DNA of 60,786 nt from an uncultured Candidatus Saccharibacteria bacterium. Its GTDB lineage: Bacteria > Patescibacteriota > Minisyncoccia > Phycocordibacterales > JACOZG01. The stretch spans positions 1 to 60,786 of the forward strand of contig CAYNPK010000004.1 of NCBI GenBank assembly GCA_964399075.1, in the 5' to 3' direction. Within the stretch, counting starts at the first letter, position 1, and each line of letters begins with the position of its first letter. Shown piece after piece: positions 10,030 to 19,739 of this stretch. Below the pieces are notes generated by a model, which searched no databases, was not told where the DNA came from, and saw only the letters and a list, made by a program, of their open reading frames with translations. Both the position numbers and the translations under genes were made by a program.

Positions 10030-11217
10030 ATGAATACTAATTTGAGTGTAAGTGTAAAGAAACGACTTCGACAAATCGTCTATCTGGCCGGCTTCTTCTT
10101 GACCCTCAACACTTCAATCACGGCCTACATCAACTCCTCTTTTCTCGAAACTTTCGTCGACCCAAAAATAGTCGGGTTGTTTTACGTTATATCTTCAATC
10201 TTAAGCATCGCTGGAGCCTTTGCTGTTAATAAGCTGGTTCATCAAATTGGCAGTAAACGCACTTTAACTATTCTTAGTCTGTCGATTATCAGCATTCTTA
10301 TTTTAACCCTAAGCCTCTTTGCTTATCCAATAGCTCTCTTGTTGATAATGCTCTATCTAATCTTCAATTACCTCTTAACTGTTAATTTAGACTTATACTT
10401 AGAACAAAACTCTGACGATGACACCACCGGTGGCGTAAGAGGAATCTTCTTAACTCTTGTCAACTTAGCCTGGCTATTCTCACCCTTAATCGCCGGAAGA
10501 TTGATTGACCTCTATGGTTTCCGCGCTGTTTATGTTTTCGCCGTCCTAGCTCTAATCCCCTTCTTCTTCTTGATTAGCCGACTTAAAAAAGTAGAAGTTG
10601 AACCATACACCGGTAACACGATAATTCAAACTCTCAAACATATCTGGAGTGGGCAACTGGAAAAAACCAAAAATTTGCGAGCAATTCTCGCCATCGACTT
10701 TATTCTCAATTTCTTCTTCGCCACAATGGTTATTTATAGTCCGATTTATCTTCATCAAGTCTTAGGGTTTGATTGGACCACTATCGGGATGATCTTTACT
10801 GTTATGCTTGCGCCTTATGTTGTCCTACAACTTGGCCTGGGCCATACGGCGGACAAATTAATGGGCGAAAAAGAGATTCTCATTGCTGGGTTAAGCATCG
10901 CCGGCTTATCGACTACTGCTCTGTCTTTTATTAGCACTCCTAGCCCAATAATTTGGGCTATTGTCCTCCTCTTCACCCGAATTGGCGCCGCCTCAATAGA
11001 AATAATGAAGGAGTCTTACCTCTTCAAACAAATTGACGATGGTGATATTAATACCATTTTTATTTCCAGAAATAATTGGCCATTAGCTTACATTATTGCC
11101 CCCTTAATTTTTTCGCCCTTCCTCTTCTTTTTCTCCTTTCGTTTCCTTTTCCTGGTACTTGGTCTAATTGTTCTACTAGCCTTAATCGTCGCCAGTCGCC
11201 TTAAAGATACGAAGTAA
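10030..11217 (+). CDS. MFS transporter
   Basis: About 12 hydrophobic helices with MFS-like spacing. Confidence 0.8.
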   Translation: MNTNLSVSVKKRLRQIVYLAGFFLTLNTSITAYINSSFLETFVDPKIVGLFYVISSILSIAGAFAVNKLVHQIGSKRTLTILSLSIISILILTLSLFAYPIALLLIMLYLIFNYLLTVNLDLYLEQNSDDDTTGGVRGIFLTLVNLAWLFSPLIAGRLIDLYGFRAVYVFAVLALIPFFFLISRLKKVEVEPYTGNTIIQTLKHIWSGQLEKTKNLRAILAIDFILNFFFATMVIYSPIYLHQVLGFDWTTIGMIFTVMLAPYVVLQLGLGHTADKLMGEKEILIAGLSIAGLSTTALSFISTPSPIIWAIVLLFTRIGAASIEIMKESYLFKQIDDGDINTIFISRNNWPLAYIIAPLIFSPFLFFFSFRFLFLVLGLIVLLALIVASRLKDTK

Positions 11218-11232
11218 TCCCATCTAGCTAAT

Positions 11233-14205
11233 TTACCTCCTCATCATTTTGTGGAGACGACAACCGGGGCAGTCAGAATCATTGCAACCTTTATATAAGA
11301 ATTTACCAGAAACAATTTCGTCTGATATTTCATTTAGTTTGATTTCTAATTCTACTACTTCTTGATTAGCAATTTCAAAAATCTCTTGTTTGTAAATTCC
11401 CCGATCGTTTGGTTCGATAAAGTCGATAATAGAATTTAACACTTCGAACTTCCCCGCTTCAAATCGCTCTAACAATAATTTATAAAAGATCAACTGTCGG
11501 TAGTAATTGCCAGTAGAACTCTTAGTCTTACCCATAATCTCATTGCGACTCATCGGCGCTCGCGACTTATAGTCAGCCATTTGAATTTGCTTGTCACTCA
11601 AGAATTCCAACTTATCAATTTTGCCAACCAGTTTCAAATTAGTTGATAAATGTAAACCGGGAATTTTGTATTCATTAAGAATGGTCTTAGACCAAGTGGT
11701 GTGATAATTCTGATACCAACCGACTAAAGCGCGCTCACCGCGCTTTAATGAAGCCTCAAAATCTCGCTCGCCAATAGGTTGATAAGCTAGAGAACGACTA
11801 AAATTAGCCAGAAGGTCTTGACTCCCAAGCGCTTCGCCCCCGCGGTAGCGATTGAAGAAGTCCTCCAGAGCCTTATGGATAGCGGTGCCATACATCATGT
11901 GCTTGTTGCGAATCTGGATTACTCGCAACAGGTTAGTAAATAAATAATTTAGAGGGCAAAGCAAATAAGCATTCAGTCCAGTAGCTGATAAACCCTGCTC
12001 ACGGAAACGATCAGCGATAAAATTCGGATCAAGAATCCTCACCCCCTGATGAACTCGAGGGGAAAAAATAATATTAGACTTATCGCCCAAACTCTGTTCC
12101 CATAATTCAGAACTAACCTGCTTAATCAGACTATCGTCGATTTCTTCTACAAATTGACTAGGAAGATTAAGCTTGTTCCCCTCACCCTCTTTAGCAAAAC
12201 TAATAGTCACTCCCAAACGCGCCCGAGTAAGCGCCACATAGAAGAGCCGTCGTTCGTCATCATTCTTATCACCATAAGCAGAAATACCAGAACGAGTGGG
12301 AATCCGAAAGTATTGCAAACTACGTCTATTGCCCCAATGACCATCATAAGCTTTCACAACATACACATAATCAAACTCCAAACCCTTAGCTTTGTGGGCT
12401 GTTAACAATTCAACTCCCAGCTCACCATAAGTTTGTCGTAAGGGAATAGTCCGATGGTGCCTAATTAGAGTATTAATAAAATTAATAAAGTCAGCCAAAC
12501 GAAAATTGTGATTATGGCGCGTCAATTTGAGTGCCTCGTCGTAGAGCGCGTGGAGTTTGTTAAGCCCCTCTCGCGCCTCCGGCAAGCGTAGGAGGTGATC
12601 CAAAAAACCTGATTCCTTAAGCACGATTCCATACAGATCGAGAAAAGTTTGATTAGCGGCCAGACGAGTCCAACGCTCCAGTGATTGATATAACTTCTTC
12701 AATTTCCGCTTGCGACTCGCCTTAAGCAATTCCCAGACGGAAACTCGTTTAGCTCGAGCGTCATCAATCAAGCGATAGATTTCCAAAATCTCGAAATTGA
12801 GAAAATCAAGATGTAAAAATTCTAATAAATATTTGTCTTCGCCATAATTATCAATCGTGCGGAAGATCAGCAAGAGCTTTTGAATTTCTAAGTCTTCTAA
12901 AATATTTGACTCTGATCGCACCACAAAAGGAATGCCAGCGCGCTCAAAGTAGTCAATAATTGGTCCAGCATCTTTATTGTCGCGATAAAGCACGGCCAAT
13001 TCAGACCAGGGCGTACCGGCCGTATGTTTGGCCTTGAGATCTTCAACCAAGAAGAGCAACTCGTGCTCCGGTTTAGTAAAAGCTCTAATCATAATAGGCG
13101 TTTGGGCACTAGCTACTGCCGAGGCTTGGAGCTTCACTAAACTTACTTGAGACAATTCCGCACTCCGACTAATTACTGATCTAGCAGCATCAAGAATAAT
13201 TTGCGTCGAGCGATAGTTATTAACCAGAGTAATTAATTTAGCTTGGGGAAACAACTTTTGAAAATAATTGAAGTTATCCAGAGAAGCCCCTTGGAATTGA
13301 AAAATCGCCTGCTTCTCATCGCCAACAATAAAGAGATTAGGGTTATCATGGAAGCTGGCCAATAATTCTAAGAGACTATTCTGCGATTGATTGGCGTCTT
13401 GATGTTCATCAGCCAAGATATAATGATACTCCTCCTGAAGTTGCAGACGGAAATCCGCATCAGTATTGAGTGCGCGGTTAACCTCCAAGAGCATGTCGCC
13501 GAAATCATACAAGCGACGACTAGCCAACTCCGCCTCATAAGCGCGATAAATTGTCAGTAATTCCTTGGCCTTGCCGACTTGCGTCAACAAAGTTTGATAT
13601 TTACCCTTAATCAAACCAGCGCGCTGACCCTTGCTGTGGCGCAAATCCTCTATTGCCTCAATCTTACTCTCTTCCGCGGTGATAATTTCTTCTAATTTAT
13701 TAGGCGAGATGTTCTCTCGCTTCAAGCGGTCAATCTCTTGCCCGACCGGATAGAGATAGAAAAATGGATCACCATAAGGTCGCAATAATTCCAATTCACC
13801 AGCCGTAATTACTTCTTCAAGAATACTAATCTGATCAATAGGCAAAGCATTCATCGCACCAATAATCCGCGGAAACTTCTCTGGATACTTGCTAATCACC
13901 TCGTTGGCGAAACTATGGAAGGTGTGGATAGGCACCCGATAGCCACGACTACCAACTAACTCCACCAAGCGCTTGCGCATAGCCATCACGCCAGCGTTAG
14001 TGAAGGTGAGAGCCAAGATAGCATCAGCCGGAGTATCAGTATAACGTAAAATATTCGCGATTCGCAAAGTAAGCACTTGGGTTTTGCCAGTGCCCGGTCC
14101 GGCAATAACCATCACCGGCCCCTCAATAGTGTCCACCGCTTCTCGTTGAGCCGGATTAAGCTTCCGGTAATGGGTGAGAAATTTGTCTTCTGTTGCCTTA
14201 GACAT
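11233..14205 (-). CDS. UvrD/PcrA-like SF1A helicase with C-terminal PD-(D/E)xK nuclease domain
   Basis: AGPGTGKT, ILADEHQD, VGDEKQAIFQFQGA, NYRS, TAHKAKGLEFD, YVALTRA; C-terminal GKIDKLE...DYK and cysteines. Confidence 0.92.
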   Translation of the reverse strand: MSKATEDKFLTHYRKLNPAQREAVDTIEGPVMVIAGPGTGKTQVLTLRIANILRYTDTPADAILALTFTNAGVMAMRKRLVELVGSRGYRVPIHTFHSFANEVISKYPEKFPRIIGAMNALPIDQISILEEVITAGELELLRPYGDPFFYLYPVGQEIDRLKRENISPNKLEEIITAEESKIEAIEDLRHSKGQRAGLIKGKYQTLLTQVGKAKELLTIYRAYEAELASRRLYDFGDMLLEVNRALNTDADFRLQLQEEYHYILADEHQDANQSQNSLLELLASFHDNPNLFIVGDEKQAIFQFQGASLDNFNYFQKLFPQAKLITLVNNYRSTQIILDAARSVISRSAELSQVSLVKLQASAVASAQTPIMIRAFTKPEHELLFLVEDLKAKHTAGTPWSELAVLYRDNKDAGPIIDYFERAGIPFVVRSESNILEDLEIQKLLLIFRTIDNYGEDKYLLEFLHLDFLNFEILEIYRLIDDARAKRVSVWELLKASRKRKLKKLYQSLERWTRLAANQTFLDLYGIVLKESGFLDHLLRLPEAREGLNKLHALYDEALKLTRHNHNFRLADFINFINTLIRHHRTIPLRQTYGELGVELLTAHKAKGLEFDYVYVVKAYDGHWGNRRSLQYFRIPTRSGISAYGDKNDDERRLFYVALTRARLGVTISFAKEGEGNKLNLPSQFVEEIDDSLIKQVSSELWEQSLGDKSNIIFSPRVHQGVRILDPNFIADRFREQGLSATGLNAYLLCPLNYLFTNLLRVIQIRNKHMMYGTAIHKALEDFFNRYRGGEALGSQDLLANFSRSLAYQPIGERDFEASLKRGERALVGWYQNYHTTWSKTILNEYKIPGLHLSTNLKLVGKIDKLEFLSDKQIQMADYKSRAPMSRNEIMGKTKSSTGNYYRQLIFYKLLLERFEAGKFEVLNSIIDFIEPNDRGIYKQEIFEIANQEVVELEIKLNEISDEIVSGKFLYKGCNDSDCPGCRLHKMMRR

Positions 14206-14259
14206 ACTTGCCTATTTTATCAGAAATTATCAGCTTACCGCTATTTTAGAATAAAAAGA

Positions 14260-14303
14260 GAGCCCCGTATCTCTCTGTGGTTAAACAGAAAAATACGAGG
14301 CTC
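14260..14303. terminator. Imperfect hairpin downstream of the 14.3-kb orphan gene
   Basis: gagccccgtat...atacgaggctc (one mismatch) with inner tctgt/acaga pairing. Confidence 0.45.
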
Positions 14304-14316
14304 AAGAGAGACAAAA

Positions 14317-14925
14317 CTACGCTACACGCACAGCCGCAGGGTTGACCTCACCCCACCCGGTATCGAGCCAACTATAGCCACAGCCCCACCTACCGCCACC
14401 CCAGCAAAGGCAACGAACAAAGAGACTGCCATCCCGGCCACGGTAAATGGTTCCCCAGAAGAAAACGGCTTTGCTCTTCCACTCCTCGGGGATGAGCCAG
14501 GGGTGCTTCAAGAGAAAGTCGAGCAGGTTGGTACTCAAGACTCTCTGGTTCTTGAGTGCCAGACGCAGGTTGTGGCCCCTGATGACCTTACCATTCTGCT
14601 GTCCCTTGTCGAGGTAGAGAGCAATCTTGGCCGGATCCCACTTCAGGACACCGCCCTTCTGGTGTTCTTCTACTCTCCAGCCCTCGGGGATGAAGGGGTC
14701 AGCATCGAGGTCGATGAGGTGGGTCCAAGTAGCGAGATACTCTTGGCCGAGGGATGTCAAAGTCTTAACGAAAGACTCCTTCCCCGCCTCGCAGAGCCAG
14801 CCAATGAAGGCCAGATCCACGCCCAGGCTCGCGAGAGTGTCACGCGCGATCGTGAACAGGTTGACCAACACCGACACGAATTGCCCCACCGCCTTCCAAT
14901 CCAACGCCTTTTTCATAGCACACAT
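14317..14925 (-). CDS. Hypothetical protein with DGR variable-region-like (CLec-type) C-terminus
   Basis: Ends WGTIYRGRDGSLFVRCLCWGGGRWGCGYSWLDTGWGEVNPAAV, the same W/G/V register as the VRs at 27.8-31.5 kb. The start may be ATG 14916. Confidence 0.7.
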   Translation of the reverse strand: MCAMKKALDWKAVGQFVSVLVNLFTIARDTLASLGVDLAFIGWLCEAGKESFVKTLTSLGQEYLATWTHLIDLDADPFIPEGWRVEEHQKGGVLKWDPAKIALYLDKGQQNGKVIRGHNLRLALKNQRVLSTNLLDFLLKHPWLIPEEWKSKAVFFWGTIYRGRDGSLFVRCLCWGGGRWGCGYSWLDTGWGEVNPAAVRVA

Positions 14926-15062
14926 CCTTTCTGGGCCTCCTCATTGCGATAACACATCGCTCCGACTTGGCTCCAAAGACCAGTTACTCCTCTTAGAGTA
15001 TGGCTAGATATTAGATTCTGTCAAGAGCTTTAGTTAGTTAAATTTTATGTTAAAATAGTGTC

Positions 15063-15515
15063 ATGACATTACATGAACAAATCAAAAGTGAATTAAAGAA
15101 AACCATGCTAGAGAAGAATCAAGTCAAGCTGGGAGTTATCCGCGGACTAATTACCGCTCTTACCAACGAAGCGATGGTTAAGGGTCATAAGCCTGACCAG
15201 TTTCTGACTGACGAAGAGACTTTAGCAGTGATTAGGCGACTGGCTAAACAGCGCAAGGACTCTATTGTGCAGTTCAAAGACGGCGGACGAGATGACTTGG
15301 CAACGAGCGAGCAAGCAGAATTGGTTTATATCGAAAGTTACCTACCTAAGATGATGGAACGGTCAGAAGTGGAGTTGGCGGTAAAAAAAATCATCAACAA
15401 AACAGGCGCCACCAAGTCTGATGTTGGCAAAATTATCGGCACCGTGATGAAGGAATTGAAAGGTCAAGCCGATGGAACAGAAGTTAAGGCAATAGTAGAA
15501 GAATTGCTGGGATAA
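15063..15515 (+). CDS. GatB/YqeY domain protein
   Basis: KQRKDSIVQF..GGRDDLA..EQAEL..IESYLPK, GKIIG.VMKELKGQADG. Confidence 0.92.
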   Translation: MTLHEQIKSELKKTMLEKNQVKLGVIRGLITALTNEAMVKGHKPDQFLTDEETLAVIRRLAKQRKDSIVQFKDGGRDDLATSEQAELVYIESYLPKMMERSEVELAVKKIINKTGATKSDVGKIIGTVMKELKGQADGTEVKAIVEELLG

Positions 15516-15537
15516 TATTTTTAAAAAACAAAAAGAG

Positions 15538-15575
15538 AAAACCGCTTGGTGGTTTGATAACCATCAAGCGGTTTT
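15538..15575. terminator. Bidirectional intrinsic terminator
   Basis: aaaaccgcttggtggtt-tgat-aaccatcaagcggtttt stem between convergent genes. Confidence 0.75.
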
Positions 15576-15599
15576 TGTTTTTTGGCTTGTGAGGAAGGA

Positions 15600-16046
15600 T
15601 CAAGGCCCGGTGGAAGACGCTTCCGCCGGCAGGGTGGCGGGATGGGTCAAATCCATCTCTCTGAAGTGGCGTGCCAAGGCCTGTACTACCCTCGTACAAT
15701 GAGGCAGATACAGAGAGGGGTCGTTTTGTCGCACAACCCCGAACACCTGCGGCGCGATGTTCTCCACCTCGCGCGGGTAGGGGAAAGACTCGGGGTCCGA
15801 GGACTGGAAGAGACAGATAAGCTCCCGCGATGGTCTCTGAACGATCACCGCAAGATGTTCCCAGTCTGGACCATTTGACTCTCCATACTTATAGATGAGC
15901 AGGTCGCCCGGCTCCGCCTCGTAGAGTTGGGAGAGAATGATCTTAGCGACCCTGTCTGGACCCGGAGGAACATGAAGCGCGTCCATGATAAGAATCACGA
16001 AACCCATGAGAACGAGTGCGATGATAACTTGACCCAAGGTCTTCAT
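15600..16046 (-). CDS. Hypothetical membrane-anchored orphan protein
   Basis: ATG 16046 preceded by GAGGAG; N-terminal hydrophobic helix; no family recognised. Confidence 0.6.
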   Translation of the reverse strand: MKTLGQVIIALVLMGFVILIMDALHVPPGPDRVAKIILSQLYEAEPGDLLIYKYGESNGPDWEHLAVIVQRPSRELICLFQSSDPESFPYPREVENIAPQVFGVVRQNDPSLYLPHCTRVVQALARHFREMDLTHPATLPAEASSTGP

Positions 16047-16115
16047 CTTATATTCTCCTCTTTTTTGACTTAAAGACCAGATTCCCAACAGCGACACAAT
16101 CGCTATTGTTCTCTT

Positions 16116-16144
16116 ATTATATACTATTGTGTTAAATAAGTCAA
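16116..16144 (-). promoter_or_regulatory. Sigma70-type promoter
   Basis: TTGACT-17 bp-TATAAT upstream of the orphan gene. Confidence 0.75.
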
Positions 16145-16151
16145 GAGCTGA

Positions 16152-16661
16152 TTATTTAAGCCTAAATCGCCAAGGTTTCTGGCTCCAAATTGGGCCGGCG
16201 TAAGCCACGCCAACTCGAGGCGAAGTAACAATTTCAGATTTTAGAATTTCAATCCTGCTATCTTCGAAACATAAACCACTACTGGGATGAGCTGGCTGGT
16301 TATTTAATTCATCAGTAATGTTGAGAATCTTAGTTAACCTGCCCGGTCCATTAATCCCCCGCACTCCCCTAAGAAGCACCGCCGCTGGATAATCTCGCTC
16401 TCCTGTCACGATATTTAACATCCAGTGTGTGCCATAACATAAGTAAACATACCAAACGCCACCAGATTGAAACATGGTTTCCGTCCGCCTCGTCCTGCCT
16501 CGAGAAGCATGAGAAGCTAAGTCTGCCACTCCGTCATAAGCTTCTACTTCGGTAATTAAATATTTAGTTATCTTACCTTGATGCTTCCTCACCAGAAATT
16601 TACCGAGCAAATCACGCGCCACAATTAAGGTCGGACGTTGAAAAAAATTGGTTTTTAGCAT
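16152..16661 (-). CDS. mpg: 3-methyladenine DNA glycosylase (MPG/AAG family)
   Basis: ARDLLGK.L, ITEVEAY, YVYLCYG.HWMLNIV, GPGRLT, SPRVGV; likely start ATG 16661. Confidence 0.92.
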   Translation of the reverse strand: MLKTNFFQRPTLIVARDLLGKFLVRKHQGKITKYLITEVEAYDGVADLASHASRGRTRRTETMFQSGGVWYVYLCYGTHWMLNIVTGERDYPAAVLLRGVRGINGPGRLTKILNITDELNNQPAHPSSGLCFEDSRIEILKSEIVTSPRVGVAYAGPIWSQKPWRFRLK

Positions 16662-16664
16662 AGG

Positions 16665-17351
16665 ATGACGCATGTGACTGATGATATCAAATACCCAATC
16701 CGAATCAATCGTTATCTAGCGTTGAAAGGTCTAGCCACCAGGCGAGAGGCTGACCAATTAATCACCAATGGCAAAGTTAAAATCAATCAGAAAATTGCTA
16801 AACTGGGAGAGCTAGTAAATAAAAATGATTTGGTTGTTTTAAACATTCTTAGGCCGAAAGTTTACACTTACTTGGCCTATCACAAACCTGTGGGCGAACC
16901 AACTAAAGAAAGATACCTCCAAAAGCTTTTTCCCCTTGGCCGACTAGATAAAGATTCAAGCGGTTTAATGTTACTAACTGACGACGGCCGTCTAACTGAT
17001 AGACTACTTAATCCAAAGCGCGAACACGAGAAAGAATATTTAGTCACGGTTGATAAATCTCTCAAACAAGGTTTGCTTAAATTATTAGCCCGTGGAATAT
17101 CAATAGAAGGTTACAAAACCAAACCAGCCAAAGTAGAATTAGAAGACCTTAATAATTTCCGCATTACTCTAATCGAGGGCAAACGCCACCAAATCCGACG
17201 AATGGTGGCAGCAATTGGTTATCAAGTAATTAATCTCAAGCGCCTAAGAATCGCCAATATCACTCTTAACAATTTACCAATAAACAAAACTCGCCCGATA
17301 ATCGGACGAGAATTGCTTGAATTATTAAGTCTACTTGGACTAGCTACTTAA
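16665..17351 (+). CDS. rRNA pseudouridine synthase, RsuA/RluB/E/F family with S4 domain
   Basis: RINRYLA S4 domain, GRLDKDSSGL catalytic motif, EGKRHQIRRM. Confidence 0.92.
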   Translation: MTHVTDDIKYPIRINRYLALKGLATRREADQLITNGKVKINQKIAKLGELVNKNDLVVLNILRPKVYTYLAYHKPVGEPTKERYLQKLFPLGRLDKDSSGLMLLTDDGRLTDRLLNPKREHEKEYLVTVDKSLKQGLLKLLARGISIEGYKTKPAKVELEDLNNFRITLIEGKRHQIRRMVAAIGYQVINLKRLRIANITLNNLPINKTRPIIGRELLELLSLLGLAT

Positions 17352-18129
17352 TCTCAAAGTGGAGCGAGACACCGATCACAACCTCGTTAGAGCCAGGTTC
17401 AATGGATGGTGGCTCGGCAGCCAACTTCGCATCACCGCCATAGCCGGGGGTGAGCATCGAACGCTCGTAATAAGGAATGGGACCGAAATCATTTTCGCTA
17501 ATAGAAATTAAACGCCCAAGACGAAAGTCGCCAAATTCAGCTATAACCTTGGCTTTCTCTTTAGCCTTAGCTACCGCCTCGGCTCTAGCTTGATTCTCAA
17601 CCATGGTTGGATCATCGACAGTAAAGCTAAGTTGAGAAACGGTATTAGCGCCCTGATTAACTACACCAGAAAGTAAGCTACCGGTCTTAGAGAAATCTCT
17701 CACCTTAACAGCGACACTCTGACGAATGGTGTAACCAATAATCTCCGGCGGTGGACAAACTTGGCTAGCCGTAACAAACCGACAATTACTATATTGATAA
17801 CGCGGTTCGATATTATAATTTTCCGTTCTAATATCAGCATCTACCACACCCTCGCCCTTGAGATAAGCAATAGCCTGATTAGACCGATTCGAATTTTGCT
17901 TCTGAAGTTCGGCCAAATCTTTCCCACCCTCGGTCACAACACTGAAAGTGAAAGTGGCAACATCAGGCACAGCGCTAGCGCGACCCTCGGCACTGACGGT
18001 AAAACTGCGATAACTCCCCGGCTCAACCATTTTGGAATAAGTTCGTACATAACCCAAGACGGAAAAGGCGGTTAATAACACCCCCACAATCAGGGCATAG
18101 CCCAGATAATTTCTTATTTTGTCATTCAT
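17344..18129 (-). CDS. SIMPL (DUF541) domain protein
   Basis: N-terminal TM helix, VSAEG...PDVATFTFSV, AR.EAVAKAKEKA, PGSNEV. Confidence 0.88.
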   Translation of the reverse strand: MNDKIRNYLGYALIVGVLLTAFSVLGYVRTYSKMVEPGSYRSFTVSAEGRASAVPDVATFTFSVVTEGGKDLAELQKQNSNRSNQAIAYLKGEGVVDADIRTENYNIEPRYQYSNCRFVTASQVCPPPEIIGYTIRQSVAVKVRDFSKTGSLLSGVVNQGANTVSQLSFTVDDPTMVENQARAEAVAKAKEKAKVIAEFGDFRLGRLISISENDFGPIPYYERSMLTPGYGGDAKLAAEPPSIEPGSNEVVIGVSLHFEIK

Positions 18130-18217
18130 TTGTTAATTATATCTATATAGAGGCAAACATACAAGAACCAATATTTTTTTGATTTTTACCCCCAAAAGCG
18201 GTATGATACCGATATCT

Positions 18218-18291
18218 TGCCGGGTCGTCTAATGGTAGGACCCATGACTCTGGATCATGGTATCTAGGTTCGAGTCCTAGCCCGGCAGCCA
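18218..18291 (+). tRNA. tRNA-Gln(CTG)
   Basis: TGCCGGG/CCCGGCA acceptor stem, CATGA-CTCTGGA-TCATG anticodon arm, GGTTCGAGTCC, CCA. Confidence 0.96.
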
Positions 18292-18323
18292 TATTAAAAT
18301 CTGCTATAATACGGAGTAGTTAT

Positions 18324-19112
18324 ATGAGTATAGTTTTCATTACCATTCCCGGCAATGATAAACGGGAGTTTGCAAATTTATTGCATCAAAAGACGGATAA
18401 TGGCGTGAGTTTGGTAATCATCCAACAACCAAAGCGTTATTCTCTTATTCAACGTCTCCGACGTTTCTATCGAGGAACTAGTTTGAAGAATTTACCAAAA
18501 GAAATTTGGTACGCCATCCTCTTGAGACTCCAAAAGAAGTTTAGACAAGCACTTGAACACTTTAGAGAAAATAGCGTCTCTAAAAAATCCGGATCTTATG
18601 TCACAAAAGTATTAGAGGTTGAATGTGTTAATGAAGATAAGGTGCACGAGATACTTCGAGAAATTAAACCTGACTTAATGGTTGTTTGGGGAAGCACCAT
18701 TTTGCAACCTAGAATTGTCGCGACAGCTAAAAAAGCAATCAATCTTCATTCTGGATATTGTCCTTATTATCGCGGAGCTCGCGCCAACCAGCACGCGCTA
18801 TTGAACAATGATCGACAACGAATAGGAACAACCATACATTATATCAATGGCAAAATTGATGGCGGTGATATTCTAGAGGCTACTACTGGAGATATATCTA
18901 AGCATCCCAGAGACTTTTTTCGAGAATTAAATGACCGTTCCCGAGAAAAATATCTTATGATCGCAACCAGACTTTTCCGAGGAGAAAAATTACCGACCGC
19001 ACGACAAGAGCATCTACCCGGACAAATTCTATTACTCAAACAATGGACTCCATCAATTCGATACAAGGTGGCAAAAAATATTTTAAATTGGCAAGAAGAA
19101 ATAGAGCAATAA
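18324..19112 (+). CDS. Formyltransferase-fold protein
   Basis: PDLMVVWG, INLHSGYCPYYRG, TIHYI...IDGGDIL motifs. Confidence 0.8.
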   Translation: MSIVFITIPGNDKREFANLLHQKTDNGVSLVIIQQPKRYSLIQRLRRFYRGTSLKNLPKEIWYAILLRLQKKFRQALEHFRENSVSKKSGSYVTKVLEVECVNEDKVHEILREIKPDLMVVWGSTILQPRIVATAKKAINLHSGYCPYYRGARANQHALLNNDRQRIGTTIHYINGKIDGGDILEATTGDISKHPRDFFRELNDRSREKYLMIATRLFRGEKLPTARQEHLPGQILLLKQWTPSIRYKVAKNILNWQEEIEQ

Positions 19113-19117
19113 CTATC

Positions 19118-19714
19118 GTGAAGATTTATAAAATTTTTTCTATCATCATCTTGGTCTGTTTAGGCTTTGTGTTATTTCTGACTGAAAAGGTGTTTTTTTA
19201 TTCCGACAAAAGTGAACCACTGCCACAACAAGAAATTATAGTAAAAGAAATTGAGGAAGTTGTTGTGGAAGAAAAAATCATAAAAAAAGTTGAAAATCCA
19301 CTCTTCATGGTAACGCGAGTGATTGATGGCGACACTATTGATGTGTCTATTGATGGTAAAATAGAAAGATTAAGATTGATTGGAATAAACACCCCCGAGA
19401 CAGTTGACCCCAGAAAACCGGTAGAATGCTTCGGCGTCGAAGCGTCTAATAGAGCTAAAGAACTGTTGAATGGTAAATTGGTTTCTTTAGAAAGCGATCC
19501 TTCACAAGGTGAACGCGATAAATATAATAGATTGTTAAGATACGTCTTTCTGGAAGATGGCACTAATTTTAACCTCCGCATGATCGAGGAGGGCTACGCT
19601 TATGAATATACTTATAACACGCCGTATAAATACCAAGCGCAATTTAAGCGAGCACAAATAGAGGCAAAAAATGCAGGAGCCGGATTGTGGGGAGATAACT
19701 GTCGGACGGATTAA
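19118..19714 (+). CDS. Membrane-anchored thermonuclease (SNase-like)
   Basis: VTRVIDGDTI, RLIGINTPET, DKYNRLLRYV, GAGLWG; likely GTG start at 19118. Confidence 0.92.
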   Translation: MKIYKIFSIIILVCLGFVLFLTEKVFFYSDKSEPLPQQEIIVKEIEEVVVEEKIIKKVENPLFMVTRVIDGDTIDVSIDGKIERLRLIGINTPETVDPRKPVECFGVEASNRAKELLNGKLVSLESDPSQGERDKYNRLLRYVFLEDGTNFNLRMIEEGYAYEYTYNTPYKYQAQFKRAQIEAKNAGAGLWGDNCRTD

Positions 19715-19739
19715 ATATTAACGTGATATAATTCACAAC

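Noticed and set aside
14077-14952. 291-aa plus-strand ORF opposite the orphan VR-like gene
   Set aside because: Antisense shadow of a GC-rich gene, overlapping the helicase start; no promoter or family motif.
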